Positions 9,800 through 19,147 of a stretch of 64,000 bases of DNA are shown one piece after another (positions within the stretch are counted from its first letter, which is position 1; every line of letters begins with the position of its first letter). The stretch is from Dehalococcoidia bacterium (GTDB taxonomy: Bacteria; Chloroflexota; Dehalococcoidia; UBA2979), in the NCBI GenBank assembly GCA_965262725.1, contig OZ253555.1, forward strand, positions 2,048,001 to 2,112,000, read 5' to 3'. A model generated the notes under the pieces. That model did not search any database. It was not told where the DNA came from and saw only the letters and a program-made list of their open reading frames with translations. The position numbers were made by a program, and so were the translations under genes.

Positions 9800-10875
9800 C
9801 GGTTCCTGTCCTCACCTTCTTTAACAACAAGGGTGGTGTCGGCAAGACCTCGCTCGTGTACCACCTCGCGTGGATGTTCTCGGAAAGGGGTCATCGGGTG
9901 CTGGCCTGCGATCTCGATCCTCAGGCCAACCTCACCAGCATGTTCCTGGAAGAAGATCGTCTGGAGTCCGTGTATGAGGAAGGCGACGGGTCGCCTTCAC
10001 CGTCTGGAACCATCTTCGAGTGCGTGAGGCCGTTGATGGAGGTGGGAGACCTGCGCTCCCCGACCCTCCAGAAGATCACCACCGAGTTGCAGTTGATACC
10101 CGGCGATTTGGCGCTCGCCGGCTTCGAGGACACGCTATCCGCAGAGTGGCCAAACGCCCTTCGATCAACCGACATCTACCGCCCTTTCAGGATTCTGACT
10201 GCGTTCTCCACCATCATGCAGGACGGTGCCTCTCGGATGGATGCCTCCGTCATCCTCGCCGATGTCGGCCCCAACCTCGGCGCGATCAACCGATCAGCCC
10301 TGATTTCGACTGACTATGTCATCGTGCCCGTTGGGGTCGACCTCTTTTCTCTTCGCGGGCTCCGTAACCTCGGTCCCACACTGCAGAACTGGCGTGCCGA
10401 GTGGGAGAAGCGGCTCCAGAACTGGCTTGACCCAGCCTTCGATCTCCCCAACGGCCGGATGGAGCCTATCGGCTACGTGGTGCAGCAACACGGCGTGCGC
10501 CTGAGCCGGCCCGTACGAGCGTACGATAAGTGGGTCAACCGAATGCCGAGGGAATACGCACGCAGCCTGCTTAGAGATGACCAGGGGCCGTACGCCCCAA
10601 CACCGGAAGACGACGAGCACGCTCTCGCCACAATCAGGCACTACCGGAGCCTCGTTCCGATGGCCCAAGAGGTGCGCAAGCCCGTGTTCAAACTCACCTC
10701 GGCCGACGGAGCCATTGGCAGTCACGCTGCAGCCGCCAGCAGCGCCTACTCCGACTTCAAGACCTTGTCCGAGAACATAGTCGAGCGTATGTCGCAGCCT
10801 TCAACCTCCCGCCGCAAGGAGCGACGCGGCGGACCGGCCGGGCGAGCCGCTTCGCGGAGGGGTCGCATGGGGTGA
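9796..10875 (+). CDS. ParA/Soj-family ATPase
   Basis: Deviant Walker A NNKGGVGKTS, DLDPQANLT, DVGPNLG. ATGA overlap with the upstream gene. Confidence 0.9.
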   Translation: MTVPVLTFFNNKGGVGKTSLVYHLAWMFSERGHRVLACDLDPQANLTSMFLEEDRLESVYEEGDGSPSPSGTIFECVRPLMEVGDLRSPTLQKITTELQLIPGDLALAGFEDTLSAEWPNALRSTDIYRPFRILTAFSTIMQDGASRMDASVILADVGPNLGAINRSALISTDYVIVPVGVDLFSLRGLRNLGPTLQNWRAEWEKRLQNWLDPAFDLPNGRMEPIGYVVQQHGVRLSRPVRAYDKWVNRMPREYARSLLRDDQGPYAPTPEDDEHALATIRHYRSLVPMAQEVRKPVFKLTSADGAIGSHAAAASSAYSDFKTLSENIVERMSQPSTSRRKERRGGPAGRAASRRGRMG

Positions 10876-11114
10876 GGCACGGGTGTGTTCAGGCGTCCCA
10901 CAGCGATCCCGCATGGCACGTCGAGTGACCAGCAAACGCGGGCGGGCGCGCACTCGCATAGTCCTCACCTGACTCCGGCCGGGCGCTACCGGCAGAAGTA
11001 CGGGCCCGTGCGATCATCACGCCGCACTGCCGCAGAGGGCGTTTCTTGGGTACCATGCACCACGGCAAATCACTCTAGCTGAGGCTGCGATGATCGCTTC
11101 TTGGGGGCGGCAAG

Positions 11115-12041
11115 GTGCTCGAACGACCGACGCTCGACGAGATGCTGCTTACGGTCTTCGCGATCGTCGTGTTCGCCATCGTGCAACTCGGCTCGAACTC
11201 CGATGGCAGCGTGGAGCCTCCCGCGGCGACGCCGACTGGGACGCCCCGGGCAGCGGCCCCTGCCGCCACTGCAACGCCCTCGGTCGTCGCGTCGTCCGGC
11301 ACCGCTACCCCGACTGCCACCGTCACCCGGCGGGCCACGGCTACCCCCACCGTGGCCGCAGCGGTCGCCGCCACCCCCGCCACCGCCGCGACCCCGAAGG
11401 ATCCTGACAGCTGTGACTTCCGCGACGAACTCGAGCGCGTGCGTGGCGCGGTCGTCCGCATCCGCGCGCCGGCGAGCCCGTACAGTGGCAGCCAAGGCAC
11501 CGGCTTTCACATCGGCGGCGGCGAGTACGTGACCGCGGCGCACGTCGTGCAGGATGAACGCGGCAGAGCCCACGACGAGATCTACGTGGCGTCGGCGCTC
11601 ACCGGGCGCTCGGAGCGGGCCGAAGTAGTGAGCGCCGGATCGTTCAGCACGAGCGGCGACCGCCAGCACCGCGATATCGCCATTCTCCGGAGCGCCCTCA
11701 TAGTCGCACACTCGATCGCGTCCCGCACCCCGGAGGACGGCGACGTCGGGCGGGATGTGCGGGCGCTCGGCTATCCGTGGTCGCAGGCCGGGGACGACTC
11801 GGCGGCGGTCCCGGCGCCGGTGGTGGTGCGCGGCGTCTTGTCGAACGCTGCGGTGCGCGACAACATAGCCGTCGTCCAGGCCGACGTGCAGGCGCAGAGC
11901 GGCATGAGCGGCGGGCCGCTCGTCGACGAGTGCGGCTTCGTGCTGGCCGTGGCCTCGGCCGTGCCGCGTGCGCTGCGCGGCGAGGCCGGCGACGGTCTCA
12001 CGGTCTTCATCTCGATGGCCGAACTGGACAAGCTGCGGTAG
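11115..12041 (+). CDS. Membrane-anchored trypsin-like serine protease
   Basis: N-terminal TM, Thr/Ala/Pro linker, GTGF, TAAHVV (His), DIAIL (Asp), GMSGGP (Ser). Confidence 0.9.
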   Translation: MLERPTLDEMLLTVFAIVVFAIVQLGSNSDGSVEPPAATPTGTPRAAAPAATATPSVVASSGTATPTATVTRRATATPTVAAAVAATPATAATPKDPDSCDFRDELERVRGAVVRIRAPASPYSGSQGTGFHIGGGEYVTAAHVVQDERGRAHDEIYVASALTGRSERAEVVSAGSFSTSGDRQHRDIAILRSALIVAHSIASRTPEDGDVGRDVRALGYPWSQAGDDSAAVPAPVVVRGVLSNAAVRDNIAVVQADVQAQSGMSGGPLVDECGFVLAVASAVPRALRGEAGDGLTVFISMAELDKLR

Positions 12042-12058
12042 GCAGCGGAGGAGCGGCG

Positions 12059-15000
12059 ATGGGCGCGGTCAACATCTTCCTCGGCGGCACCGGCAAGGCT
12101 GTGGCCGAGGACATCCAGGACAGCCGCGACTTCTATCCGGCGTTCCGCGACGCAATTGGCGACCCCATCGCGTTCGATCTCGACGTCACGGTGCGCGACG
12201 GAGTAGGGCTCGACATCATCGCGCCCGGCGACCTCGCGACGAGTGGCGTCAAGCAGTTGGCGACGCAGTGGTCGACACAGGATCCTGGGCCGGGGGTGGG
12301 CCCGGAGTCGAACGGGAGCCCGCCCGGCCCGCGGCTTGAGGCGGAGCGCTCGCTGCTCGTGAACGTGGGCCGTGGCATCTCCGCCAATCCCGAGCCGGGC
12401 GCTGGGCTCTACGCCCTGCGCGCGCACGGCCTCGCGGTCTTCTCGTTGCTGTTCGACGAGTCGAGGCAAATCGCGGGCGCGGGCGCGGGCACCGAGTTGC
12501 GCAACCGTATCGCCAGCGCTGTCGAGAACCAGACGTTCGGCGGCCGACCGCCGCGTATCAACCTCGTTACCTCCACGGCCGGCGGCACGGGCGCGGGCAC
12601 GGTGATCCCGCTCGCACTGTGGTTACGCAAGGAGTACCGGTACTCGCCGCTCAACCTCATCGCGGTCACCGCGTCGGCCTTCACGAAGGTGCTCAGCGGC
12701 AATCCCACGATGCGGGACCGTGCGGCGAAGGGGCGTTCGGGGACATACGCGATGCTGCGCGAACTCGCGTTCCTCTCGGAGCAGACCGACGACCAGGCGC
12801 AGTTTTCGACGCGCAGCCTGCCGGTCACGGACGGCGGGCTGGAGTACCGCCCGGGGCAGCAGATCTTCCGCCGCGTCTACTGGTTCGGCGGGCGGCGCGG
12901 CGGCAACCCGGAGGATGCCTTCGAGGAGGCAGGGGCGCTGCTACGCCTGCTCAGCCACGATGACAGCGCTGACCGGCTCGACGGGCAGACCGGCTCCGAT
13001 CCGATGCGCTCGGTGGGAGCGATCACGGCGATCGAGTACCCGAAGTTGCGCTACCAGCGCCGCATGATCTCCGCCGTGCTGCAGATGGCGTACCGCGACC
13101 TCCGCGAGTCGCCGCGGGATTACGAGGGCGCTACGCAAGAAGAGACCACGCTGCTTGCCTACGCCGCCAACGAGCCGGGAGGCCTCGGCGGATGGTTCCA
13201 CGATCACCGCCACGACGCGTTCGCCCCGGCCACAGCCATGGACGTGGACCGTTCCGCCGCCGACGATCTCGCCCGCCGCATCCGCACCCCCGCCCAAGCG
13301 TCCGGCGGCTACGAGCGCGTGCAGCGCGGTACCCAGGTGGAGGTCGGCGTCGAGGGCGACATCTACGGCGCCGGCGAGGTCGATTGGCGCAAGTACGTCG
13401 GCAGGGTCAAGGACGGCCTCGACCGCGAGGCGGACCGCAGGCAGAGGGGCCTGCAGCGGGCGATCCGCGAGATGCGCCGCGAGGAGGAGCAGGCGTTCGG
13501 CCGTTGGCTCAAGCAGGAACTGGAGCAGCGCCTCGGCAGCGAGGGCTCCGATGCGACCGGCGGCGTGCTGCAGCTACTAGCCGGGCTCGACGCCAATGCC
13601 TCCGAATTGCAGGAGCGGGTCGGCCGGGACGGCTTCTTCGGCAGCGAACTCACCCTCGACCAGAGCGATGCGCGGATCCGGGAGGCAACGGACAAGTTCG
13701 ACAATCCGCCGCGGGCTGCGGCCGAGCCCTCCGGCCTCGACCGCTGGATGCCGCTCGGCCTCGGCGCCGTCGCCCTCTTCGCCGTGCTCGCCATCGCTCG
13801 GGCGATTCCCGGGCGCAGCCTCGCCGGCGTCGGGACCGAGTGGATTGCGTGGGGTCTCGCGTTCGCCGCGATGTTCGTGACGTACCGTGGCGCACGCTCG
13901 TGGAGGATGAAGGGCAAGGCCGCATCGCTCGAGACGCAAAGGCAGCGCGCCGAGGCTCGCCTGTTCGAGGCCTACGAGGAACGCGACCGCGTGCGCGCGC
14001 TGCAATGGATGCATCAGGAGCTGCGCGGGCACGACGGCGCTTTGCCGTTCTTCGGCGAACTGCGTCAGCAGATCGACTCAGCGCGCACCGCCGTTGGCGA
14101 TCTCGAAGCCGCCTACAAGGAGCTGGAGGCCTTGGCCACCTACGATGTCTCGCAGGCGGGCGAGAGCCCGCCGCACGTCGCGGCCGAGGTCGGCGACTGC
14201 GTTCCTCACGACCCGGATCTCGCCGGCAGCATCGCGGGCAAGATGCGGGAGCGCTTGCGGATCGAGGCACAGGCCAGCCCGAAGCCCCGCGTGCTGGAGC
14301 TGACGCTGCGGCTCGTTCCCGGCGAAGCCGACGGCGATGTCTTCGCTCCGGTCGTCGGGGCGGTCGGCCCGATCCTGCAGGCCCTGCGCGACACAGAGCA
14401 GGCGGGCCTCGAGGACGCCAAGCGAATCGCGAACCGCTGGCGCGAGTCGGTCTGGAACCTGATCAACGTGGAACTCGGCCAACGCCTGCCGGATGACTTC
14501 AGCGCCGCGCTCGCCGAATGCGCGGACGGGGATGCGGGCAAGGCGTCGAGCACGCTGGCCTCCAAGCTGCTCGGCCTTGACTTGCCGCGCGGGCCCTCGG
14601 TCGAATTGCAGGCCGCGGCGGCCGCACCGGCCGTGCGAGGCGTCTTCGTCGGCGGCACGGCGATCGGGGCCGAGTTCAACCTCGCGCTGCGGGCGCCCGA
14701 GATGGCCCCGAACCTGGCGGCGCTCCAGTCCTACGGCGAGCCGCAGATCGTGCCCGCGCTGGGCCAGCAGATCGTCTTCCTCGACCTCTGGGTCGACCCC
14801 GGCGTCCATGACTGGGCGCCCGGCGTGATCGGCAGTGCCACCGAGGCCAGGGCGGCGATGAAGACCTACTACGGCGCGGAGGTCGGCGTCCCGCCAGGCG
14901 CGACGGCACGGGAGACCTGCTTCACGGTGCTGCCCGAGCTGCTCGCGGCGACCAAGGTCGAGCTGCTCGACGGCGACGTCCAGCCGCTCGCGCCCGCGGT

Positions 15001-15598
15001 CGTCGCGCGCATGCTGGGCAGCGACCTCGATACGCAGGGCCCCACCTACGCCGAGCTCTTCTACCTGCTGCGCGCTCGCCGCCGGCTCTCCTCGAGTGTC
15101 GAGGGCGCCGGACCCGCGGCCCGCGAAGTCACGACGATCGCCGGCGAGGGCGGCGGTCCGCTGCGGCTCGTCGACTGGCCGCCCGGCGGCCTCAGCGACG
15201 GCGTCTTCGGTGACGGACGTATGACCGTGGTCGCCTTCGACGCCTTCTGCGAGTTCATGCGCTTCGACGGCACTCCCGGCATCGCCGGCGAAGCGTCGGC
15301 TGACGGCCTAACCTTCCCCGGTGCCACGATCTTCGCCACCGACTGGCAGCGCGAACGCGAGCGGGTCGCCGCGCTCCAGCGCGCGGTCGTACGGGAGTGG
15401 TATCACGGTGACGTCGAGGCCGACTGCGCCGCCATGATCGCGCTGCTCGAAGAGGACCTGGGGCGCATGGCGGACGGCCGGGACTACGCGCGAGAGAGCT
15501 GGGGACGCGCGATGCGGCGACTGCTCGCGGGCGACGAGCGGCGCAAGATCCGCGCGACGCACCTCGACGGGTCCGGCGGACAGGGGAGCGGTGGCTGA
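12059..15598 (+). CDS. Large tubulin/FtsZ-like (Tubulin_2 / FtsZl1-type) protein with central TM hairpin and coiled coils
   Basis: ATG 12059 after a GGAGGAG RBS. N-terminal IFLGGTGKAV and signature loop TSTAGGTGAG. Two TM helices mid-protein flanked by helical repeats. Confidence 0.8.
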   Translation: MGAVNIFLGGTGKAVAEDIQDSRDFYPAFRDAIGDPIAFDLDVTVRDGVGLDIIAPGDLATSGVKQLATQWSTQDPGPGVGPESNGSPPGPRLEAERSLLVNVGRGISANPEPGAGLYALRAHGLAVFSLLFDESRQIAGAGAGTELRNRIASAVENQTFGGRPPRINLVTSTAGGTGAGTVIPLALWLRKEYRYSPLNLIAVTASAFTKVLSGNPTMRDRAAKGRSGTYAMLRELAFLSEQTDDQAQFSTRSLPVTDGGLEYRPGQQIFRRVYWFGGRRGGNPEDAFEEAGALLRLLSHDDSADRLDGQTGSDPMRSVGAITAIEYPKLRYQRRMISAVLQMAYRDLRESPRDYEGATQEETTLLAYAANEPGGLGGWFHDHRHDAFAPATAMDVDRSAADDLARRIRTPAQASGGYERVQRGTQVEVGVEGDIYGAGEVDWRKYVGRVKDGLDREADRRQRGLQRAIREMRREEEQAFGRWLKQELEQRLGSEGSDATGGVLQLLAGLDANASELQERVGRDGFFGSELTLDQSDARIREATDKFDNPPRAAAEPSGLDRWMPLGLGAVALFAVLAIARAIPGRSLAGVGTEWIAWGLAFAAMFVTYRGARSWRMKGKAASLETQRQRAEARLFEAYEERDRVRALQWMHQELRGHDGALPFFGELRQQIDSARTAVGDLEAAYKELEALATYDVSQAGESPPHVAAEVGDCVPHDPDLAGSIAGKMRERLRIEAQASPKPRVLELTLRLVPGEADGDVFAPVVGAVGPILQALRDTEQAGLEDAKRIANRWRESVWNLINVELGQRLPDDFSAALAECADGDAGKASSTLASKLLGLDLPRGPSVELQAAAAAPAVRGVFVGGTAIGAEFNLALRAPEMAPNLAALQSYGEPQIVPALGQQIVFLDLWVDPGVHDWAPGVIGSATEARAAMKTYYGAEVGVPPGATARETCFTVLPELLAATKVELLDGDVQPLAPAVVARMLGSDLDTQGPTYAELFYLLRARRRLSSSVEGAGPAAREVTTIAGEGGGPLRLVDWPPGGLSDGVFGDGRMTVVAFDAFCEFMRFDGTPGIAGEASADGLTFPGATIFATDWQRERERVAALQRAVVREWYHGDVEADCAAMIALLEEDLGRMADGRDYARESWGRAMRRLLAGDERRKIRATHLDGSGGQGSGG

Positions 15599-17957
15599 GC
15601 GCCCGCCTCGCAGGCGCCTCGCCGCGGCTCTGGTCGCCGCGCTTGCGCTCGCGGCGCTGCTGGCGGGAGCGGGACTGCCGCGCCCCGGTGGCGACGCCGC
15701 CGCGCAGACACCTGCCGAGTCGCCGCCTACCCGCGTCGTCTTCGCCATCGATAACTCCGGCTCCATGTTCGGCGTCGGCGGCGAGCCCGCCAGCGACCTC
15801 GACCAACAGCGCATCGAGGGCGTCCGCGGCCTGATCGAGGTGCTGCGCGGCTTCCTCGGCGCTCCCCGCGAGCAGCGCCGCGTCGAGCTCGGCGCGCTCT
15901 CGTTCGGCGGCGACGAGCCGGAGCTTCTGAGCGCGCCCGCCTCGGTGCTCGATGAGGCGCTGCCGGACCGGCTGCGCGCTGAACCCGTGGGGGGAGGCAC
16001 CGACTTCCGCTCGGCGCTCTGCGCCGCCTGGGCGATGGCTACGGGCGAGACGCCGCCGGCCAGCGCCAGCTGCCCTCCCCTCCCGTTCGGATTCGCCGAC
16101 ACCACCCCCGCCGCCGACAGCCGCCTGCTCGTCGTCGTGATCACCGACGGCAGCCCCGCCCGCGGCGGCGACGACCTCGGCTTCGACGGCGATCCCGTGG
16201 CCGCCGACTGCCCCGGCGGCCACGGCGGCTACGACTCTCCGGACGGCGACGCCTACCTTTGCGCGCTCGCGGCGACATGGACGGCGCTGCGCGCCGAGCG
16301 CGCCGCCGACCTCGTCGTGATCGGCCTCGACGCGCCCGGGCGCTGGTTCCCGGCCGCCGAGACGCACTGGCAGCGCGTCGCCCAGTGCGGCGGCCCGGGC
16401 CAGCGCGACTGCGCCGACCGCGTGGTCCGCAGCGTCGATCCCGGGCAGCTCGCCGCGCTGATCCTCGGCGCGTTCCCGGGCGTCGACCTCTGCGAGGCGG
16501 TCGCCGATCGCGGCGACGCGTTCACCTGCGACGTGCCGGGCGGCCTCGCCGCCGTCGGCTTCCAGGTGACGGGCCTGAACGCGGGTGCGCTCACCGGCAT
16601 CGAGAATACGGCCGGCGAAACCTACCGCTCCGATGTCGCGCACCGGGAACTGGGGGGGCGCGGCGAGAGCGCGCACGTATGGCGCTTCGAGCGGCCAGTC
16701 GCCGGCGGGTGGATGGTGACGGCCAACGGCCCGCCCGGCCAGCGCGCCATCGTCGACTACGCGCCGGTCGAGTTCCGCGTGGAGCTGCGGACGTGGGACG
16801 CCGTACGCGGCCTCTTGGGGTTCGTGCTGGCCACGGCCGCCGATGTGCACGTCGCCTCGCTACTCGACCAGCCGTACCGCCTCGAGCTGCTGCACGACGG
16901 GCGGAGCATCGAGGGCATAGAGGTGATGCTCGCCCACGAGGGCGGCAGGGCGTACTCGCTGGAGGTGCCGCTCGCGGCGGGCGCGAGCGGCGGCGTGTAC
17001 ACGGTCGTGCTCTACCTTCAGACCGCGCGCACGCTGATCGAGGTCGGGCGGCTCGAACTGCCCCCGCCCCCGGCACCCACACCCTCACCCTCGCCCTCGC
17101 CCTCGCCGTCTCCCTCCCCCTCACCGCCGCCGTCTCCCACGCCAGAAGCGACACCGCCTCCCCGGCCAGAGGCGACACCACCTCCCCCGCCTCCGTGCTC
17201 GGAGTTCGAGGCGAAGTGGGAGGGCGAACCCGGCACCGCGTCGCGCTGGCGCTGGGCCTTTCGCGCTGGCCTCGAACTCCCGCCCGTCCGCTTCCGCGAC
17301 TCCGCCGTCTGGCGCGTCACGATCGAATCGCCGGACTGTGACGAGCCGATCGCAGCCAGCGCCCGCATCCTCGGCTGCGAGTGGTGCGAGGCCGAGACGG
17401 AGGGCACGCCGCCGCTCGCGCCGCTCGACGTCCCGACGGCCGGACGTCCCGACGATGCCTCGACGCGCGCGTGGTTTGCGGAGTCGCCGCGCACCACCGA
17501 CGGCGCGAGTGAGCCTGTGCGGCTCTCCGACTCGTGGCTGTTGCACGCGGAGCCCGTGTGGGCGGCCGCGCTGCACCTGCTGGCGCTGGCCGCGCTCGCG
17601 GTTGGCGTGAGCGCGGTCGCGGTGCGGCGTCCGCACAAGTGGCGTCACGGCGAGACGCCAGAGGCGCCGATCCGCCTCGCCGTGCCCGACGAACGCCAGC
17701 GCCTGGCGGGCATCGTGCGCCTCGGGACTTTCGTCGGGCGGCGCAGCCCGCGCGACGAGACAGCTAAAACGGAGGGTAAGTTGCTCACGCTGCGCTGGCT
17801 GATCTTCGGCCCGCTCGTCGCCCGCGAGACCGCAGAGGGCGCGACGCGGCGGGCGCGCTGGTTCGGCGTTCCCACCGCCCAGGCCCCCGACGCCCAGGCC
17901 CCCGACGCCGAGGCTCGCCGCCTCGACATCCGCCGCCTCCCGCCCCGCCGCGCCTGA
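15591..17957 (+). CDS. Surface vWA-domain protein (signal peptide, MIDAS, Cys-rich, Pro-rich linker, C-terminal TM)
   Basis: VVFAIDNSGSM (DxSxS), GGTDF, VVITDG, PSPSPSP linker, TM WAAALHLLALAALAVGVSAVAV. Overlaps the tubulin-like gene stop. Confidence 0.85.
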   Translation: MAERPPRRRLAAALVAALALAALLAGAGLPRPGGDAAAQTPAESPPTRVVFAIDNSGSMFGVGGEPASDLDQQRIEGVRGLIEVLRGFLGAPREQRRVELGALSFGGDEPELLSAPASVLDEALPDRLRAEPVGGGTDFRSALCAAWAMATGETPPASASCPPLPFGFADTTPAADSRLLVVVITDGSPARGGDDLGFDGDPVAADCPGGHGGYDSPDGDAYLCALAATWTALRAERAADLVVIGLDAPGRWFPAAETHWQRVAQCGGPGQRDCADRVVRSVDPGQLAALILGAFPGVDLCEAVADRGDAFTCDVPGGLAAVGFQVTGLNAGALTGIENTAGETYRSDVAHRELGGRGESAHVWRFERPVAGGWMVTANGPPGQRAIVDYAPVEFRVELRTWDAVRGLLGFVLATAADVHVASLLDQPYRLELLHDGRSIEGIEVMLAHEGGRAYSLEVPLAAGASGGVYTVVLYLQTARTLIEVGRLELPPPPAPTPSPSPSPSPSPSPSPPPSPTPEATPPPRPEATPPPPPPCSEFEAKWEGEPGTASRWRWAFRAGLELPPVRFRDSAVWRVTIESPDCDEPIAASARILGCEWCEAETEGTPPLAPLDVPTAGRPDDASTRAWFAESPRTTDGASEPVRLSDSWLLHAEPVWAAALHLLALAALAVGVSAVAVRRPHKWRHGETPEAPIRLAVPDERQRLAGIVRLGTFVGRRSPRDETAKTEGKLLTLRWLIFGPLVARETAEGATRRARWFGVPTAQAPDAQAPDAEARRLDIRRLPPRRA

Positions 17958-17977
17958 CGCCTCCGCCCGTAGCGCGC

Positions 17978-19147
17978 CTACCGGCAGTCCTCGTCGTCAA
18001 AGGGCTTCACGAAGTAGAGATTGAGGCGCACCTCCTGAGACACGAGTGCCTTGGGTGCGAGGTAGTCGCCGAACCATTCCCAGCGCCCTTCGGCAGGCGC
18101 GTCCCGCAGGATGTCGATACCGGCGCGCCGCAGCCCCTCGGAGAAAGCGTCGTTGACATGCCGCGCGAGGTCGACGTGGTTGCCGTCCGGCTCGTGGGCG
18201 AACGTCTCCACGAGCGCGATGCGCAACCCCTCGGCGAGCTTCTCACGCAGGAACGCCTCTGCCCGTGAGTCGGACCAATCGCCGTCCCCGATCTTGTCAA
18301 GTTCCGCTGACTTGATGACGTCCTCCCGTACCTGGCTGTTGGCGATTTCATCCCAGTCGACAGCACCGAGCGCGGCCCCGGTGAGCACGATCTGGGCGAA
18401 ACGGAAATCGGTCTGCACCTCGGAGCACTCCGGAGCCGACGCTACGACCGCAGTGCGCGGCAGCAGTACAGGGAAGGCGGCGCTGTGCTCGCTGCCGTCA
18501 CTCGACACGGTGAGGGTGACGGCACCCGACTCGTAGAAACTCGCCAAGAAGCTCGAGGCTCCCCCCGCGTCCGGCTCGCCGCGCTCGGCTGTCCACTTGT
18601 ACAAGAACGGCTCGTCGCCTCCGATCTCCGGTGTGCAGCGCACGTTGATCCGGCCACCGGCCGCCGGGCCGCCGGGTGCTTCCATCTCGCAGCCGATGTT
18701 GAGGATCACCGGAGGGATGATCGGCGGAGCAGCAGGTGGCGGCAGGACTGCGAACTCGGCGCTGTCATCGCCACCCTCGTTCGAGACGGTGAGGCGGACG
18801 GCTCCCGCGTCCTTGAAGTTCGCCAGGAAGCTCGATGCGTCACCCGCGTCCGGCTCGCCGCGCTCGGCTGTCCACGCGTAGGACTGCGCCTCGTCGGCCC
18901 TGAGTCGCGGCTCGCAGTGGACGGGGATCAGCCCGGCGACCCGCTCGCCCTGCTCGCAGCCGAGATCGAGGATCTCTGGCGCTTCGACAAGCGGCGCCTC
19001 GACGGACGGCTCGGCGGCGACGGGCGTCGCCTCGGGGTCCCGGTCCGCGGACAGGACGCCGGACGTGAGGGCGAGGAAGACGAGCGCCAGCACCAGCATG
19101 AGGTCGGCCAGCAGCCAGCCTGCGATGCCGACTCCCTCGTCGTTCAC
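17978..19147 (-). CDS. MotB/ExbD-like single-TM protein with two PKD/Ig-like repeats
   Basis: N-terminal GWLLADLMLVLALVFLAL has an intramembrane Asp as in MotB/ZorB. Two internal repeats share WTAERGEPDAG.ASSFLA.F...GAV.LTVS. Confidence 0.6.
   Translation of the reverse strand: MNDEGVGIAGWLLADLMLVLALVFLALTSGVLSADRDPEATPVAAEPSVEAPLVEAPEILDLGCEQGERVAGLIPVHCEPRLRADEAQSYAWTAERGEPDAGDASSFLANFKDAGAVRLTVSNEGGDDSAEFAVLPPPAAPPIIPPVILNIGCEMEAPGGPAAGGRINVRCTPEIGGDEPFLYKWTAERGEPDAGGASSFLASFYESGAVTLTVSSDGSEHSAAFPVLLPRTAVVASAPECSEVQTDFRFAQIVLTGAALGAVDWDEIANSQVREDVIKSAELDKIGDGDWSDSRAEAFLREKLAEGLRIALVETFAHEPDGNHVDLARHVNDAFSEGLRRAGIDILRDAPAEGRWEWFGDYLAPKALVSQEVRLNLYFVKPFDDEDCR

Noticed and set aside
9796-10875. 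ParA as a partition system
   Set aside because: No ParB-like gene or centromere repeats seen nearby.
11777-12058. Upstream extension of the tubulin-like ORF
   Set aside because: Overlaps the protease gene; ATG 12059 has a strong RBS and directly precedes the GGTG motif.
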